A DNA stretch of 64,000 nt from Candidatus Forterrea multitransposorum CG_2015-17_Forterrea_25_41 (lineage in GTDB: Archaea > Iainarchaeota > Iainarchaeia > Iainarchaeales > CSSED10-239). Each line of letters opens with the position of its first letter. The stretch's first letter is position 1. The notes under the pieces were generated by a model. That model did no database searches. It saw only the letters and a list, made by a program, of their open reading frames with translations, and had not been told where the DNA came from. Of this stretch, positions 17,689 to 27,354 are shown one piece after another. The stretch spans positions 640,001-704,000 of the forward strand of contig CP045477.1 of the NCBI GenBank assembly GCA_009392915.1, given 5' to 3'. Both the position numbers and the translations under genes were made by a program.

Positions 17689-18702
17689 ATGTTTAAAAAG
17701 AGTACTAAAGCTTATATTCTTATGGATAAGAAAAATAAAAATACAGAAGAAATATTTAAAGATTTAAAGAAAAAACATTATGGAATTTATGGAAAACACT
17801 CTGCAGTTGAAATCTGTAGCTGGAATAAAAAAGCATTAAGAGGAGAGGGTGTTTGCTATAAAGAAAAATTTTATAATGTAGATTGTCATAGATGTGCACA
17901 AATAACCCCTACAGTTATTAATTGTCATTTTAATTGTAACTTTTGTTGGAGACCTTCAGAATATATGAAAGAATGGGAAATGAATGAAGATTTATTAGAT
18001 GATCCTAAAGATATTGTTGAAGGACTTTTTAAAGAAAGAATCAAACTTTTAACTGGGTTTAAGGGAAACCCAAAAGTTAATCAAGAAAAATATCAAGAAG
18101 GGACAATTCCAACACATGTAGCAATCTCTCTTGCTGGAGAACCTACAATTTATCCTAAAATAGGAGAAATGGTTGGATATTTAAAAAATAAAAAAATGAG
18201 AAGTATATTTATTGTAACAAACGGAATGGAAACAGATAGACTTCTTGAAATGAATAAAAATAAACAACTTCCAACACAACTTTATTTATCTATTGTTGCA
18301 TGTACAAAAGAAATGCATCAAAAAATAAACAGAACAAAAATTAAAGATAGTTGGGAAAGATTAAATAAAACTATTGATATTTATCCAACACTTAATTGTA
18401 GAAAAGTAATTAGATTTACTTTAATTAAAGGAATGAATGATTCACTTAAATATTTAGATAAATTTATTGAAATGTTTGAAAGAAGTAATACAGATTATTT
18501 AGAAATTAAATCATACATGCATTTAGGACTTTCAAGAGAAAACTTAAGTGCAGATAATATGCCTGATCATCAAGAAGTTTTAGAATTTTCAAAAGAAATT
18601 GAAAAAAGAAGTAAATTATTTAAGATTCACAATGAACAAAAAGAATCAAGAATAATTCTTTTAAAAAATAAAAATAGTAAAGTTATAGATTTTATTAAAT
18701 AG
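17689..18702 (+). CDS. radical-SAM tRNA 4-demethylwyosine synthase (Taw1/TYW1-like)
   Basis: CHFNCNFCWRP is a CxxxCxxC radical-SAM cluster motif with the CxFCW context typical of TYW1/Taw1. An extra Cys pair lies upstream (CYKEKFYNVDCHRC). Confidence 0.6.
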   Translation: MFKKSTKAYILMDKKNKNTEEIFKDLKKKHYGIYGKHSAVEICSWNKKALRGEGVCYKEKFYNVDCHRCAQITPTVINCHFNCNFCWRPSEYMKEWEMNEDLLDDPKDIVEGLFKERIKLLTGFKGNPKVNQEKYQEGTIPTHVAISLAGEPTIYPKIGEMVGYLKNKKMRSIFIVTNGMETDRLLEMNKNKQLPTQLYLSIVACTKEMHQKINRTKIKDSWERLNKTIDIYPTLNCRKVIRFTLIKGMNDSLKYLDKFIEMFERSNTDYLEIKSYMHLGLSRENLSADNMPDHQEVLEFSKEIEKRSKLFKIHNEQKESRIILLKNKNSKVIDFIK

Positions 18703-18715
18703 AGAGAAGAAAAAA

Positions 18716-19576
18716 ATGGAACTTAATACTGAACTTATAGATGTTTTAAAAACAATTAATAAAGAAAAAGTTATTTGTCTTTTAGCACCAAGCTTTGTTG
18801 TAGATTTTAAATATCCTAAAATAATTTTAGAACTTAGAAGAATTGGTTTTAATAAAATTGTTGAACTTACATATTCTGCAAAATTAATAAATAAAGAAAT
18901 ACACAAACAAATATTAGAAAATAAAAAAAAACAATATATTTGTGGAAACTGCCCTAGTGTTGTTAAATATATTGAAAATAAATATCCAGAACTTAAAAAA
19001 AATATTATGGATATAGCTTCACCTATGGTTATTATGGCAAGATTTATGAAAGAAAAATATCCTAGTCATATAATTGTTTTTGTAGGACCTTGTTTTTCAA
19101 AAAAACAAGAAGCAAAAGAAAACAAAGAAGTTGATTATGCACTTACCTTTAAAGAAATAAATGATATGTTTTTGTATGCTAAAAAAAATGGTTTTTATAA
19201 AAAACAAGAAAATGAAAATAAGCATTTTGATAAATTTTATAATGATTATACAAAGATATACCCTTTATCTGGTGCAGTTGCAGAAACCATGAATACTAGA
19301 GAAATATTAAAACCAGAAGAAATGATTATTGCAGATGGAATTAAAGAAATTGATAAGGCAATTATGAAATTTAAAGAAAATAAAAAAGTAAGATTTCTTG
19401 ACATGCTTTTCTGTACTGGAGGTTGTGTTGGAGGACCTGGCATAATTTCAACAGAAACTATTGAACAAAGAGAAGACAGAGTTATTCATTATAGAGATAA
19501 ATCAAAAAATGAAAAACTTGGAAAAAACTTTGGAAAATTTAAATATGCAGAAAACCTTAGTTTAAAGAGGAAATAA
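18716..19576 (+). CDS. minimal [FeFe]-hydrogenase-like protein (H-cluster domain only)
   Basis: Three H-cluster motifs in order: ICGNCP (L1, cf. TSCCP), VGPCFSKKQEA (L2, cf. MPCxxKKxE), FCTGGCVGGPG (L3, cf. MACxGGCxxGGGQP). The N-terminal APSFVVDF also resembles the H-domain. No N-terminal ferredoxin domains. Confidence 0.55.
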   Translation: MELNTELIDVLKTINKEKVICLLAPSFVVDFKYPKIILELRRIGFNKIVELTYSAKLINKEIHKQILENKKKQYICGNCPSVVKYIENKYPELKKNIMDIASPMVIMARFMKEKYPSHIIVFVGPCFSKKQEAKENKEVDYALTFKEINDMFLYAKKNGFYKKQENENKHFDKFYNDYTKIYPLSGAVAETMNTREILKPEEMIIADGIKEIDKAIMKFKENKKVRFLDMLFCTGGCVGGPGIISTETIEQREDRVIHYRDKSKNEKLGKNFGKFKYAENLSLKRK

Positions 19577-19579
19577 TAA

Positions 19580-19999
19580 TTAAATAGTTAAAGAAAAAAT
19601 AACAGGAGTCTTTGGTTGTTCAGAAATAAATTTTTTTAAAGCAACTTTTAAAAGATTTAAAGTTAAATAAGCACATCTTACTCTTGTTTGTAAAACTCCA
19701 TCTAAATTTTCAATAATTGATTCTGGTTTTAAATTTATAATTTCATCTATTTTTTTATTTAAGGAAAGCTCGGTTGCAATACAGCCCCCTGCTTTTGAAA
19801 TTACACAACCAGAATGAACAAATGAAATATTTTTAACTATCTTTTTGTCTTTTGAGAATTTAACATAAATTGTGACTTTATCACTGCACCCAGAATTATT
19901 ACCTTCTATTTTTATATCAAAAGGCTTTAATACACCATAATTAACTGGGTTTGAATAATAATCTAAAATTATTTGACTAGGGATATAATCATCACTCAT
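19580..19999 (-). CDS. Fe-S cluster scaffold SufU/IscU-like (NifU N-terminal domain)
   Basis: Three conserved Cys (GCSDKV, HSGCVIS, RVRCAYL) in IscU/SufU spacing. Last gene of the suf operon. Confidence 0.75.
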   Translation of the reverse strand: MSDDYIPSQIILDYYSNPVNYGVLKPFDIKIEGNNSGCSDKVTIYVKFSKDKKIVKNISFVHSGCVISKAGGCIATELSLNKKIDEIINLKPESIIENLDGVLQTRVRCAYLTLNLLKVALKKFISEQPKTPVIFSLTI

Positions 20000-20871
20000 A
20001 ATTTATCTTTTATTTTTTTCTCAATATAATTAATTATTTTTTCAGGATAGAAAGAAATATTTGCTTTTAAAAAAGAAGAAACCATTAAGTTATAAGCATT
20101 TTTTTTAGATAAAGATCTTGAAGATAAATAAAATAATTGTTCATCAGTTACATGTTCAACTGTTGCAGCATGAGTTGCTTTAACATTTTTTGGAACTATT
20201 TCAAGCATTGGGACACTAATAGATCTAGAGGTATCTGAAAGAAGCATACTATTTGTTTCAAGATATGCTTTTGAAAAATCACCAGATTTTAAAATGTTAA
20301 TCATTCCATCATATCTTGAAAAAGATTTATTTTTTAATACATTTTTAATTGTTGTATTAGAAATAGTTTCTTTGTAAAGATGATTATTTCTTATATTTAT
20401 ATATGCTTTTTCAGATTTAGATAAAAGTAAAACATCATTTTGATTTAATTGAGAATCTTTTTTTATAAAAGTTTCTTGATTATATTTTAAATTATTTAAA
20501 TCAAAATAAAGATTTGAAATGTAAATAATAGACTTATCTAAAATAAAATTATTATCATAACTAAAATCATTAACTTTAAAATTTCTTATAAGATTTAAAG
20601 ACTTAGTATTTTGAAAATAATAAATAATATTTTTATGTTTTAAATTTTTAAAATCAGAAATTTCAAATAAATTTTTATTAGAAATTTTATTAAAAATTAT
20701 TAAAGAATTATTTTTAATAGAAGAAATATTAAAACTTGAAAAATCTTTAATAGAATCATCTATTAAATAGACATCACTATAATTAGATAGATTAAGTTTA
20801 TCTAAAGTATTTAGAATACTTTTAAAAATTTGTTTTAATTTATAATTATTTAAATTAATTTTTAGAAACAT
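19996..20871 (-). CDS. sufD: Fe-S cluster assembly protein SufD
   Basis: The C-terminus (HAATVEHVTDEQLFYLSSRSL) is paralogous to the SufB C-terminus. Immediately follows SufB. Confidence 0.7.
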   Translation of the reverse strand: MFLKINLNNYKLKQIFKSILNTLDKLNLSNYSDVYLIDDSIKDFSSFNISSIKNNSLIIFNKISNKNLFEISDFKNLKHKNIIYYFQNTKSLNLIRNFKVNDFSYDNNFILDKSIIYISNLYFDLNNLKYNQETFIKKDSQLNQNDVLLLSKSEKAYINIRNNHLYKETISNTTIKNVLKNKSFSRYDGMINILKSGDFSKAYLETNSMLLSDTSRSISVPMLEIVPKNVKATHAATVEHVTDEQLFYLSSRSLSKKNAYNLMVSSFLKANISFYPEKIINYIEKKIKDKL

Positions 20872-20877
20872 ATAAAT

Positions 20878-22323
20878 CTATCCTACAGAATTTTCAAACT
20901 CCATTTCAATTAATCTATTAAGTTCAACTGCATACTCTAAAGGAATTTGTTTTGAAAATTCACTTATAAAACCTAAAATGATTAAAGTAATTGCTTTAGA
21001 TTCATCAATACCTCTTGACATTAAATAAAATAATTGTTCTTCACCTATTCTTCCGACAGTTGCTTCATGAGAAACTTCTGCAGTAGGTTCATCAACAACT
21101 ATTACAGGATAAGTATCAGTCTTACTTATTGAATCAATTAAAATTGCATCACATCTAACATTAGATTTAACATTTTTAAGACCCTTATCTATTCTTACAA
21201 GCCCTCTATATGCTGATTCACCACCATCTTTTGAAATAGATTTTGAAACAATTGTTCCGGTGGTATTATTTGCTTGATGAACAATTTTTGCACCTGCATC
21301 TTGTTTTTGATTTTTTGAAGCAATTGCAATAGATAATACTTCTCCTCTAGAATTATCTCCTTTTAAATAAATTGCAGGATATTTCATTGTTAGTCTTGAA
21401 CCTAAATTACCATCTACCCATTCAACACTTGCATTTTTATAAGCAAAAGCTCTTTTTGTAACTAAATTATAAATATTATTTGCCCAATTTTGAATTGTAG
21501 TGTATCTTATACTAGCACCTTCTAAAGCAATAACTTCAACAACAGCTGCATGCAATGATTGAGTGGAAAATCTTGGAGCTGTACATCCTTCGACATAATG
21601 GATTTTACTACCTTCATCTGCAATTATTAAAGTTCTCTCAAATTGACCCATATTTGAAGAATTAATTCTAAAATATGCTTGAAGAGGAGTATCAACTTTA
21701 ACACCTTTAGGAACATAAACAAAAGAACCTCCTGACCAAACAGCAGAATTAAGAGAAGAAAATTTATTATCATCAATTGGAATTACAGATCCAAAATATT
21801 TTTTTACAAGTTCAGGATATTTTTTTAAACCTTCATCCATGGATAGAAAAACAACACCTTTTTCTTCAAATTCTTTTTTTGTTTTATGATAAATTACTTC
21901 AGAATCATATTGTGCACCAACACCTGCAAGAAAATCTCTTTCAGCTTTTGGAACCCCTATTCTATCAAAAGTTTTTTTAACATCTTTTGGAACATCTTTC
22001 CAATTTGTTTTTTCAGAATCTCCAACTGATGCAAAATAAGTTATATTTTTAAAATCAATTTCTTCAAGTGGCATTATTCCCCAAGAAGGCAATTTTTGTT
22101 TTATAAATGTTTTATAAGCTTTTAATCTAAAATCAAGCATCCATTTAGGTTCTTTTTTTATTTTTGAAATATTTTTTATAACAGTTTCACTTAACCCTTT
22201 ATCAAACTTAATTTTATAATCTTTTGTAGAATATGAAAAGTCATATTTCTTTATTTTTGTAGCTTTCTTAGCTTTTTTTAGAGAAGAATCTTTTACTCTT
22301 CCATCTATTTTATTTCTATTCAT
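20878..22323 (-). CDS. sufB: Fe-S cluster assembly protein SufB
   Basis: 481 aa; conserved SufB core (...HEATVGRIGEEQLFYLMSRGI...). Confidence 0.9.
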   Translation of the reverse strand: MNRNKIDGRVKDSSLKKAKKATKIKKYDFSYSTKDYKIKFDKGLSETVIKNISKIKKEPKWMLDFRLKAYKTFIKQKLPSWGIMPLEEIDFKNITYFASVGDSEKTNWKDVPKDVKKTFDRIGVPKAERDFLAGVGAQYDSEVIYHKTKKEFEEKGVVFLSMDEGLKKYPELVKKYFGSVIPIDDNKFSSLNSAVWSGGSFVYVPKGVKVDTPLQAYFRINSSNMGQFERTLIIADEGSKIHYVEGCTAPRFSTQSLHAAVVEVIALEGASIRYTTIQNWANNIYNLVTKRAFAYKNASVEWVDGNLGSRLTMKYPAIYLKGDNSRGEVLSIAIASKNQKQDAGAKIVHQANNTTGTIVSKSISKDGGESAYRGLVRIDKGLKNVKSNVRCDAILIDSISKTDTYPVIVVDEPTAEVSHEATVGRIGEEQLFYLMSRGIDESKAITLIILGFISEFSKQIPLEYAVELNRLIEMEFENSVG

Positions 22324-22330
22324 AATTTAT

Positions 22331-23098
22331 CTATTTAGACTTTTTTTTATAGTCTTCAATTATTTTTGTAAAACCATTTTTTTCAATATAGTTTGCAAAA
22401 GAACTATCTCCGCTTTTTATAATTTTTCCTTCATACATTACATGTACAAAATCTGGTTTTAAAAAATCAAGTATTTTTTTATAGTGTGTAATTACAATTG
22501 CAGAAAATTCTTTATTTTCTTTTTTTAAATTATTTATAGAATTACAAACAAGCTTTAAAGAATCAATATCAAGACCAGAATCAGTTTCATCTAAAATTGC
22601 AAGTTTAGGTTTTAATAAATTAAGTTGTAAAATTTCAGCACGTTTTTTTTCTCCACCAGAAAAACCAACATTTAAATCTCTAGATAAAAAATTTTCTGGC
22701 ATGTTTAAAAGAGAAATTCTTTCTTTAACTAAAGTATTAAACTTTAATGGAGAAATTCTTTCTTGATGAGTTGAAGAAAAAGAATTTTTTAAAAAAGAAA
22801 AATAATTAAGACCTTGAATCTCTAAAGGAGATTGAAAAGATAAAAATATTCCTTCTCTTGCTCTCTTGTCAACAGATAATTTTAATAAATCTTTTTCTAA
22901 AAATTTTATTTTTCCAGAAGATATTCTATACTTAGGATGACCCATAATAGAGTATGCAAGAGTTGATTTTCCAGAACCATTTGGCCCCATAATTGCATGA
23001 ATCTCTTGATTTTTTACATCTAAGTTAAAGTTATTTAAAATTTGTTTCTCTTCAACAGAAACTGATAAATTTTTTATAGAAATTAAATTTTTAGCCAT
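22331..23098 (-). CDS. sufC: Fe-S cluster assembly ATPase SufC
   Basis: ABC ATPase with Walker A GPNGSGKST, signature FSGGEKKR, Walker B ILDETDSGLD, and the SufC-specific C-terminus. Confidence 0.9.
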   Translation of the reverse strand: MAKNLISIKNLSVSVEEKQILNNFNLDVKNQEIHAIMGPNGSGKSTLAYSIMGHPKYRISSGKIKFLEKDLLKLSVDKRAREGIFLSFQSPLEIQGLNYFSFLKNSFSSTHQERISPLKFNTLVKERISLLNMPENFLSRDLNVGFSGGEKKRAEILQLNLLKPKLAILDETDSGLDIDSLKLVCNSINNLKKENKEFSAIVITHYKKILDFLKPDFVHVMYEGKIIKSGDSSFANYIEKNGFTKIIEDYKKKSK

Positions 23099-23226
23099 AT
23101 ATTATCACATATAAATGAAATACAATTCATCTATATATGTATTATATAAAAGAATTTAAAAAGGTAAGGTATTTATTTAAATGGAACAACTAAATATGTA
23201 TAGATAAAAAAGGGGGTTTTTTAAAA

Positions 23227-23403
23227 ATGCTTGAAACAATTATAGGAATAATAGGTTTAATTTCTGCAATCTGGGTAATTTATGATGTATTAACAAATAA
23301 TAAAAAATTATCAACAGTTAAAAAAGTTATTTGGATTATTTGTGCTATTTTATTTAGTATACTTACAGCAATAATTTATTTTTTAGTTTACAAAATGAAA
23401 TAA
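23227..23403 (+). CDS. small membrane protein, PLDc_N (PF13396)-like
   Basis: 58 aa, MLETIIGIIGLISAIWVIYDVLTNNKKLSTVKKVIWIICAILFSILTAIIYFLVYKMK. Two TM helices with a W-x-x-x-D-hydrophobic pattern as in the cardiolipin-synthase N-terminal domain family. Below the ORF-track cutoff. Confidence 0.45.
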   Translation: MLETIIGIIGLISAIWVIYDVLTNNKKLSTVKKVIWIICAILFSILTAIIYFLVYKMK

Positions 23404-23448
23404 ATTATAAAAAAAACAGAAAGAAGAAGGAAAGAAAAGAAAAAGAAT

Positions 23449-24522
23449 TTAATCTTCAATTCCTTTTTCTGTAACATTATATGCAACTTCACCATCAGGA
23501 AGTGCAGGAGAATCAACAAGCTTTGCAATTCTTTTTGAACCAGAACTTTTTCTTAAGTATAATCTTGTCTTGGAAGCGTGTTTTACAACATTTCCACCAA
23601 TAGCGTCAGTTGGATCACCAAACAAAACATCTGGTCTTGACATTACTTGGTTTGTAACAAATACAGCAACATTATAAAGTTCTGCAACCTTTTGTAAAAG
23701 TCTCATATGCTTATTTAATTTTTGTTGTCTATCAGATAATTGACCTCTACCAGTAAACTCAGATCTAAACTGACTTGTAAGAGAGTCAACAATTAAAAGC
23801 TTAATATTTTTTTCTTTAATTAAATCAACAGCTTTTTCTGCTAAAAGCATTTGATGATCACTATTATAAGCTCTTGCAACAAATATTTTTTTCATAACTT
23901 CGTCAGGATCAAGACCTTTTGCAATAGCCATCTGACTTACTCTTTCAGGTCTGAAAGAATTTTCAGTATCAATATACAACACAGAACCTTCAAGACCACC
24001 TTTGTCTTTAGGAAGTTGAGTTGTTACACATAATTGAAAACACCATTGAGATTTACCAGAAGCAAACATACCATAAACTTCAGTTATTGATTGACTTTCA
24101 ATACCACCTGCAAGAAGTTCATCAAGACTTGCAGAACCAGTTGTGATTTTATCAATCATTTTTCTTTTTTCTAAAAGAATATCAGCACTCTCAAAGCCCA
24201 TTTCAAGAGAATCTCTTGCAGCCTTAATACATTTAATTGCAGTTCCTTCACCTAAACCTGCAATTGCAACAAGTTCCATTGGAGAAGCAACAGCTATTGC
24301 TTCATAAGTATCAAAACCAGCAGCCTTAAGTTTTTCAGCAGAAGTTGGACCTATTCCTGGAAGATCTAGAATATCCTTTGGTTTTATTTTATCTTTGATT
24401 GGATCAGCATCCTTAGATACCATAGTATCTGTTTCTAAATCTTCTGAATCTAGAGAATCATCTATAGTTTCATTTACAAAATCATTATTTTCTTCATTAT
24501 CCATAATCTTTTCTTTCTTCAT
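23449..24522 (-). CDS. radA: DNA repair and recombination protein RadA
   Basis: N-terminal HhH ([17 protein letters not shown]), Walker [10 protein letters not shown], Walker B LLIVDSL, and RadA/Rad51 loops. Confidence 0.95.
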   Translation of the reverse strand: MKKEKIMDNEENNDFVNETIDDSLDSEDLETDTMVSKDADPIKDKIKPKDILDLPGIGPTSAEKLKAAGFDTYEAIAVASPMELVAIAGLGEGTAIKCIKAARDSLEMGFESADILLEKRKMIDKITTGSASLDELLAGGIESQSITEVYGMFASGKSQWCFQLCVTTQLPKDKGGLEGSVLYIDTENSFRPERVSQMAIAKGLDPDEVMKKIFVARAYNSDHQMLLAEKAVDLIKEKNIKLLIVDSLTSQFRSEFTGRGQLSDRQQKLNKHMRLLQKVAELYNVAVFVTNQVMSRPDVLFGDPTDAIGGNVVKHASKTRLYLRKSSGSKRIAKLVDSPALPDGEVAYNVTEKGIED

Positions 24523-24589
24523 ATTTTCATCACATTTTAATTATTCTAAACAATTATATTAAGGAATTTAAAGAATATATGTGTTTTGG

Positions 24590-24611
24590 TAGGGGGTAGC
24601 TGGCCGAGAAA
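24590..24611. promoter_or_regulatory. GC-rich conserved upstream element (GGGGGTAGCTGGCCGAGAAA), ~80 nt upstream of the radA start
   Basis: The 11-mer TGGCCGAGAAA and its preceding G-run recur at the same distance upstream of mcm (56601-56622), in a genome that is otherwise ~70-75% AT. Confidence 0.3.
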
Positions 24612-24722
24612 AAAACCAAAAATAAGATAAACAAATAAATAGTTTTCTATCTACTATTAAAATAGCTATATAAAATATTATATTATAATAACTATAAATT
24701 ACTACAAAAAGAAAGATAAAAA

Positions 24723-26873
24723 ATGCTTGAAACAAATATTAAATGGCTTAAAGAAATTTCAGATCATGAAGTCCTAGAAGTAGGATATAAAGCACATATT
24801 TTATCAGAAATTTCAAAAGCAAATATTCCACTTCCAAGAGGTTTTGTAGTTAATTATAAAAATTTTTTTAATTTTGTACAAAAAGATAATTTAAAAGAAA
24901 AAATAAATGAAATTTTAAAAACTATTGATTATAACAACAAAGAAGATATTGAAAAAAAATCAATAGAAATAAGAACACTTTTTTTAAAACAAAAATTTGA
25001 TGAAGACTTTATTTCTGATGTCTTAAAAATGTATACAAAGCTTGGAGAATCAAAAGTTGGATTTATGAATACCAAGGTAGATGAATATACAGCTATAAGA
25101 GCATCTGTTTCTTCTGAAGAATATCCTTTAAAAGAACTTGATCCAATAGAAAGACATACAGGTTTTTTAAATATTAAAGGAAGAGAAGAAGTATTAAACA
25201 GTATTAAAGAATGTTGGGCAGATCTTTATGCTCCTGAAATCTTAGAATATAAATATAAAAAAGGTTTTGAAGAAAATAAAATACATCTTTCAATAATTAT
25301 TCAAAAAATGATACCTGGTAAAAAATCAGGAATAATGCTAACTTCTAAAAATGATTCAAAAGATACAATTGTAATTGAAGCAATACATGGTTTTGGAGGA
25401 AAAAGCCTAATTACAGAAGTTACTCCTGATCACTATGAGATTAATAAAAAAACACTAACTACAATTAAAAAAACACAATCAAATCAAGAATGGATGCTTA
25501 AAAGAATTGTAGGAAAAACTACAAAAACAAATGTAGATGTTAAAGATAGTGAAAAACAAAAATTAAATCAAAGAGATCTAAATGAACTTGCAAATATAGG
25601 AAATAAACTTGAAATGATCTATGGAACTTCTTTAGAAGTTAATTGGGTAATGGATGAAAACGAAGAATTTCTAATTGTTAGTGTAAACCCAATTGATCCT
25701 AATCTTAAAAAAATTAAAAAAAAGAAAAAAATAGATATTACTTCTTATCAAGAAAAACTAGATAGTTATAAAAAAAATTTACTTTTAGAAGGTATTGGAG
25801 TTTCAAACGGACTTTCAATTGGTATTGTGAAAATAATTAATAATAAAAAAGATCTTTTAAGAGTTGATGAGAATACAATTTTTGTAACTAAAATGACAAC
25901 TCTTGAAATGTCACAAACATTAAGAAAAGCAAAAGGAATTGTTACAGATGCTGGAAGTACAATCTGTCATGCAGCATTAATTGCTAAAAAATATGATGTA
26001 CCTTGTGTAGTACACACAGAAAGATCAACAGAAATATTAAGAGATGGACAAGCTGTTTTAGTTAATGGATTTAATGGTAAAGTGTATAGTGTTATAGGGT
26101 ACGTTGCACCACCAATTACAAAAACAGTTACAGAAACTAGAAGAGAAAATGAAGTATCTATTGAAAAAGCACAAAATAAAGATCCAGAATATCCAAAGAC
26201 AATTACAAAAATATTTATTAAAATAAATAATTTAGAAGAAGTTAAAAGTATTAACTTACCTGATATTGATGGTATAGTTTTAAGCATAGATTCTTTATTT
26301 ACAAATTATGAAAAAGGAAGTATGCTTGAAAACATTAATTTATTAGTTCCAACAATTAAAAATAAACTTTTAGAAATTACTAAAATATTTGAAGGAAAAG
26401 AAATTTTCTATAAAGTAAATACACATAAACAAAATTTAATTACTGAAAATGTTTCAAGTTATGAAATTGAAGCTATTATGGAACTTAAAAGTAGAATTAA
26501 CATTTTACTTGAAAATATTAAATCTGCAGATGAAATAATTCCTGTTAAAGAAAATACAGAATCAAAAATAGGAGTTTTAGTTGAAAATATTAAAGAAAAT
26601 ATAATTTCTGAATATATTTCAAGAGGTATAGAAAATATAACCTTTAATTTAGAAGAAATTGATTTTGTAAAAGTAAAAGAAGTTATTAAAATATGTAAAG
26701 AAAATAAAATTATGAGAATTGCAGAAATTAATTCTAAAAATACAATTTCAAATATTAAAACATATATTGATTCAAATATCAATGGAGTAATTATTAATAA
26801 AGAACAATTAGAATATAAAGATACAATTTATAAACAAGAAAGAGATCTCTTAAAGAATCTTCTTTCTGTTTAG
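24723..26873 (+). CDS. PEP-utilizing enzyme family protein (PEP synthase / pyruvate phosphate dikinase-like)
   Basis: N-terminal PPDK_N ATP-grasp domain (VGYKAHILSEISKANIPLPRGFVV) and phospho-His mobile domain (GIVTDAGSTICHAALIAKKYDVPCVV). The C-terminal ~250 aa are divergent from the canonical PEP/pyruvate TIM barrel. Confidence 0.55.
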   Translation: MLETNIKWLKEISDHEVLEVGYKAHILSEISKANIPLPRGFVVNYKNFFNFVQKDNLKEKINEILKTIDYNNKEDIEKKSIEIRTLFLKQKFDEDFISDVLKMYTKLGESKVGFMNTKVDEYTAIRASVSSEEYPLKELDPIERHTGFLNIKGREEVLNSIKECWADLYAPEILEYKYKKGFEENKIHLSIIIQKMIPGKKSGIMLTSKNDSKDTIVIEAIHGFGGKSLITEVTPDHYEINKKTLTTIKKTQSNQEWMLKRIVGKTTKTNVDVKDSEKQKLNQRDLNELANIGNKLEMIYGTSLEVNWVMDENEEFLIVSVNPIDPNLKKIKKKKKIDITSYQEKLDSYKKNLLLEGIGVSNGLSIGIVKIINNKKDLLRVDENTIFVTKMTTLEMSQTLRKAKGIVTDAGSTICHAALIAKKYDVPCVVHTERSTEILRDGQAVLVNGFNGKVYSVIGYVAPPITKTVTETRRENEVSIEKAQNKDPEYPKTITKIFIKINNLEEVKSINLPDIDGIVLSIDSLFTNYEKGSMLENINLLVPTIKNKLLEITKIFEGKEIFYKVNTHKQNLITENVSSYEIEAIMELKSRINILLENIKSADEIIPVKENTESKIGVLVENIKENIISEYISRGIENITFNLEEIDFVKVKEVIKICKENKIMRIAEINSKNTISNIKTYIDSNINGVIINKEQLEYKDTIYKQERDLLKNLLSV

Positions 26874-26893
26874 AATTTTTTTAAAAAAAAAAA

Positions 26894-27169
26894 CTATTTT
26901 TTAACAGAAGGAGCTTTTCCTTTACCAATACCTGATAAATAACCCATTTCTTTTAAAACTTCACCAGAAGTAACTCTTGGATTTTTTAGAAACATATCTT
27001 TTAAATGTTCTTTTTGTATTTTTGAAAGACCATGAGGATATACTTTATTTACACTTCCAAGAACATGTGTATAATGCTTTTTAATAGATTCTATAGACAT
27101 GTTTTTTGATTTAGATATTTTTGGTAAAGTTCCTTTTGAAACATAAGGTTTTTTTCTTGTAATTGCCAT
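26894..27169 (-). CDS. hypothetical small basic protein
   Basis: 91 aa, Lys-rich, no recognised motifs. Confidence 0.3.
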   Translation of the reverse strand: MAITRKKPYVSKGTLPKISKSKNMSIESIKKHYTHVLGSVNKVYPHGLSKIQKEHLKDMFLKNPRVTSGEVLKEMGYLSGIGKGKAPSVKK

Positions 27170-27198
27170 ATTTTAAAAATCCTTTTTAAGTAATTTAA

Positions 27199-27269
27199 AG
27201 CCTCAATAGGGAGTCGAACCCTATTCTTCCGCTCTGCAGGCGGATGCATGACCGTTCTGCCATTGAGGC
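27199..27269 (-). tRNA. tRNA-Cys (anticodon GCA)
   Basis: Reverse complement: GCCTCAA-TG-...-TCCGC-CTGCAGA-GCGGA-AGAA-TAGGG-TTCGACT-CCCTA-TTGAGGC plus discriminator T (U73 is typical of tRNA-Cys). Short D-arm with a 3-bp stem. Confidence 0.6.
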
Positions 27270-27354
27270 TAAAAAACATTACACAAACTATAAATAATGT
27301 TTCATAGGTATATATTTAATAATTAGAATAGTTTATAAACATTAGGTAAAATTT

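Noticed and set aside
24723-24745. Shared MLET N-terminus between the small PLDc_N-like ORF (MLETIIG) and the PEP-synthase-like gene (MLETNIK)
   Set aside because: A four-residue coincidence; there is no extended nucleotide repeat.
27091-27279. 62-aa ORF on the minus strand
   Set aside because: It overlaps the tRNA-Cys gene almost entirely and has no protein-like features.
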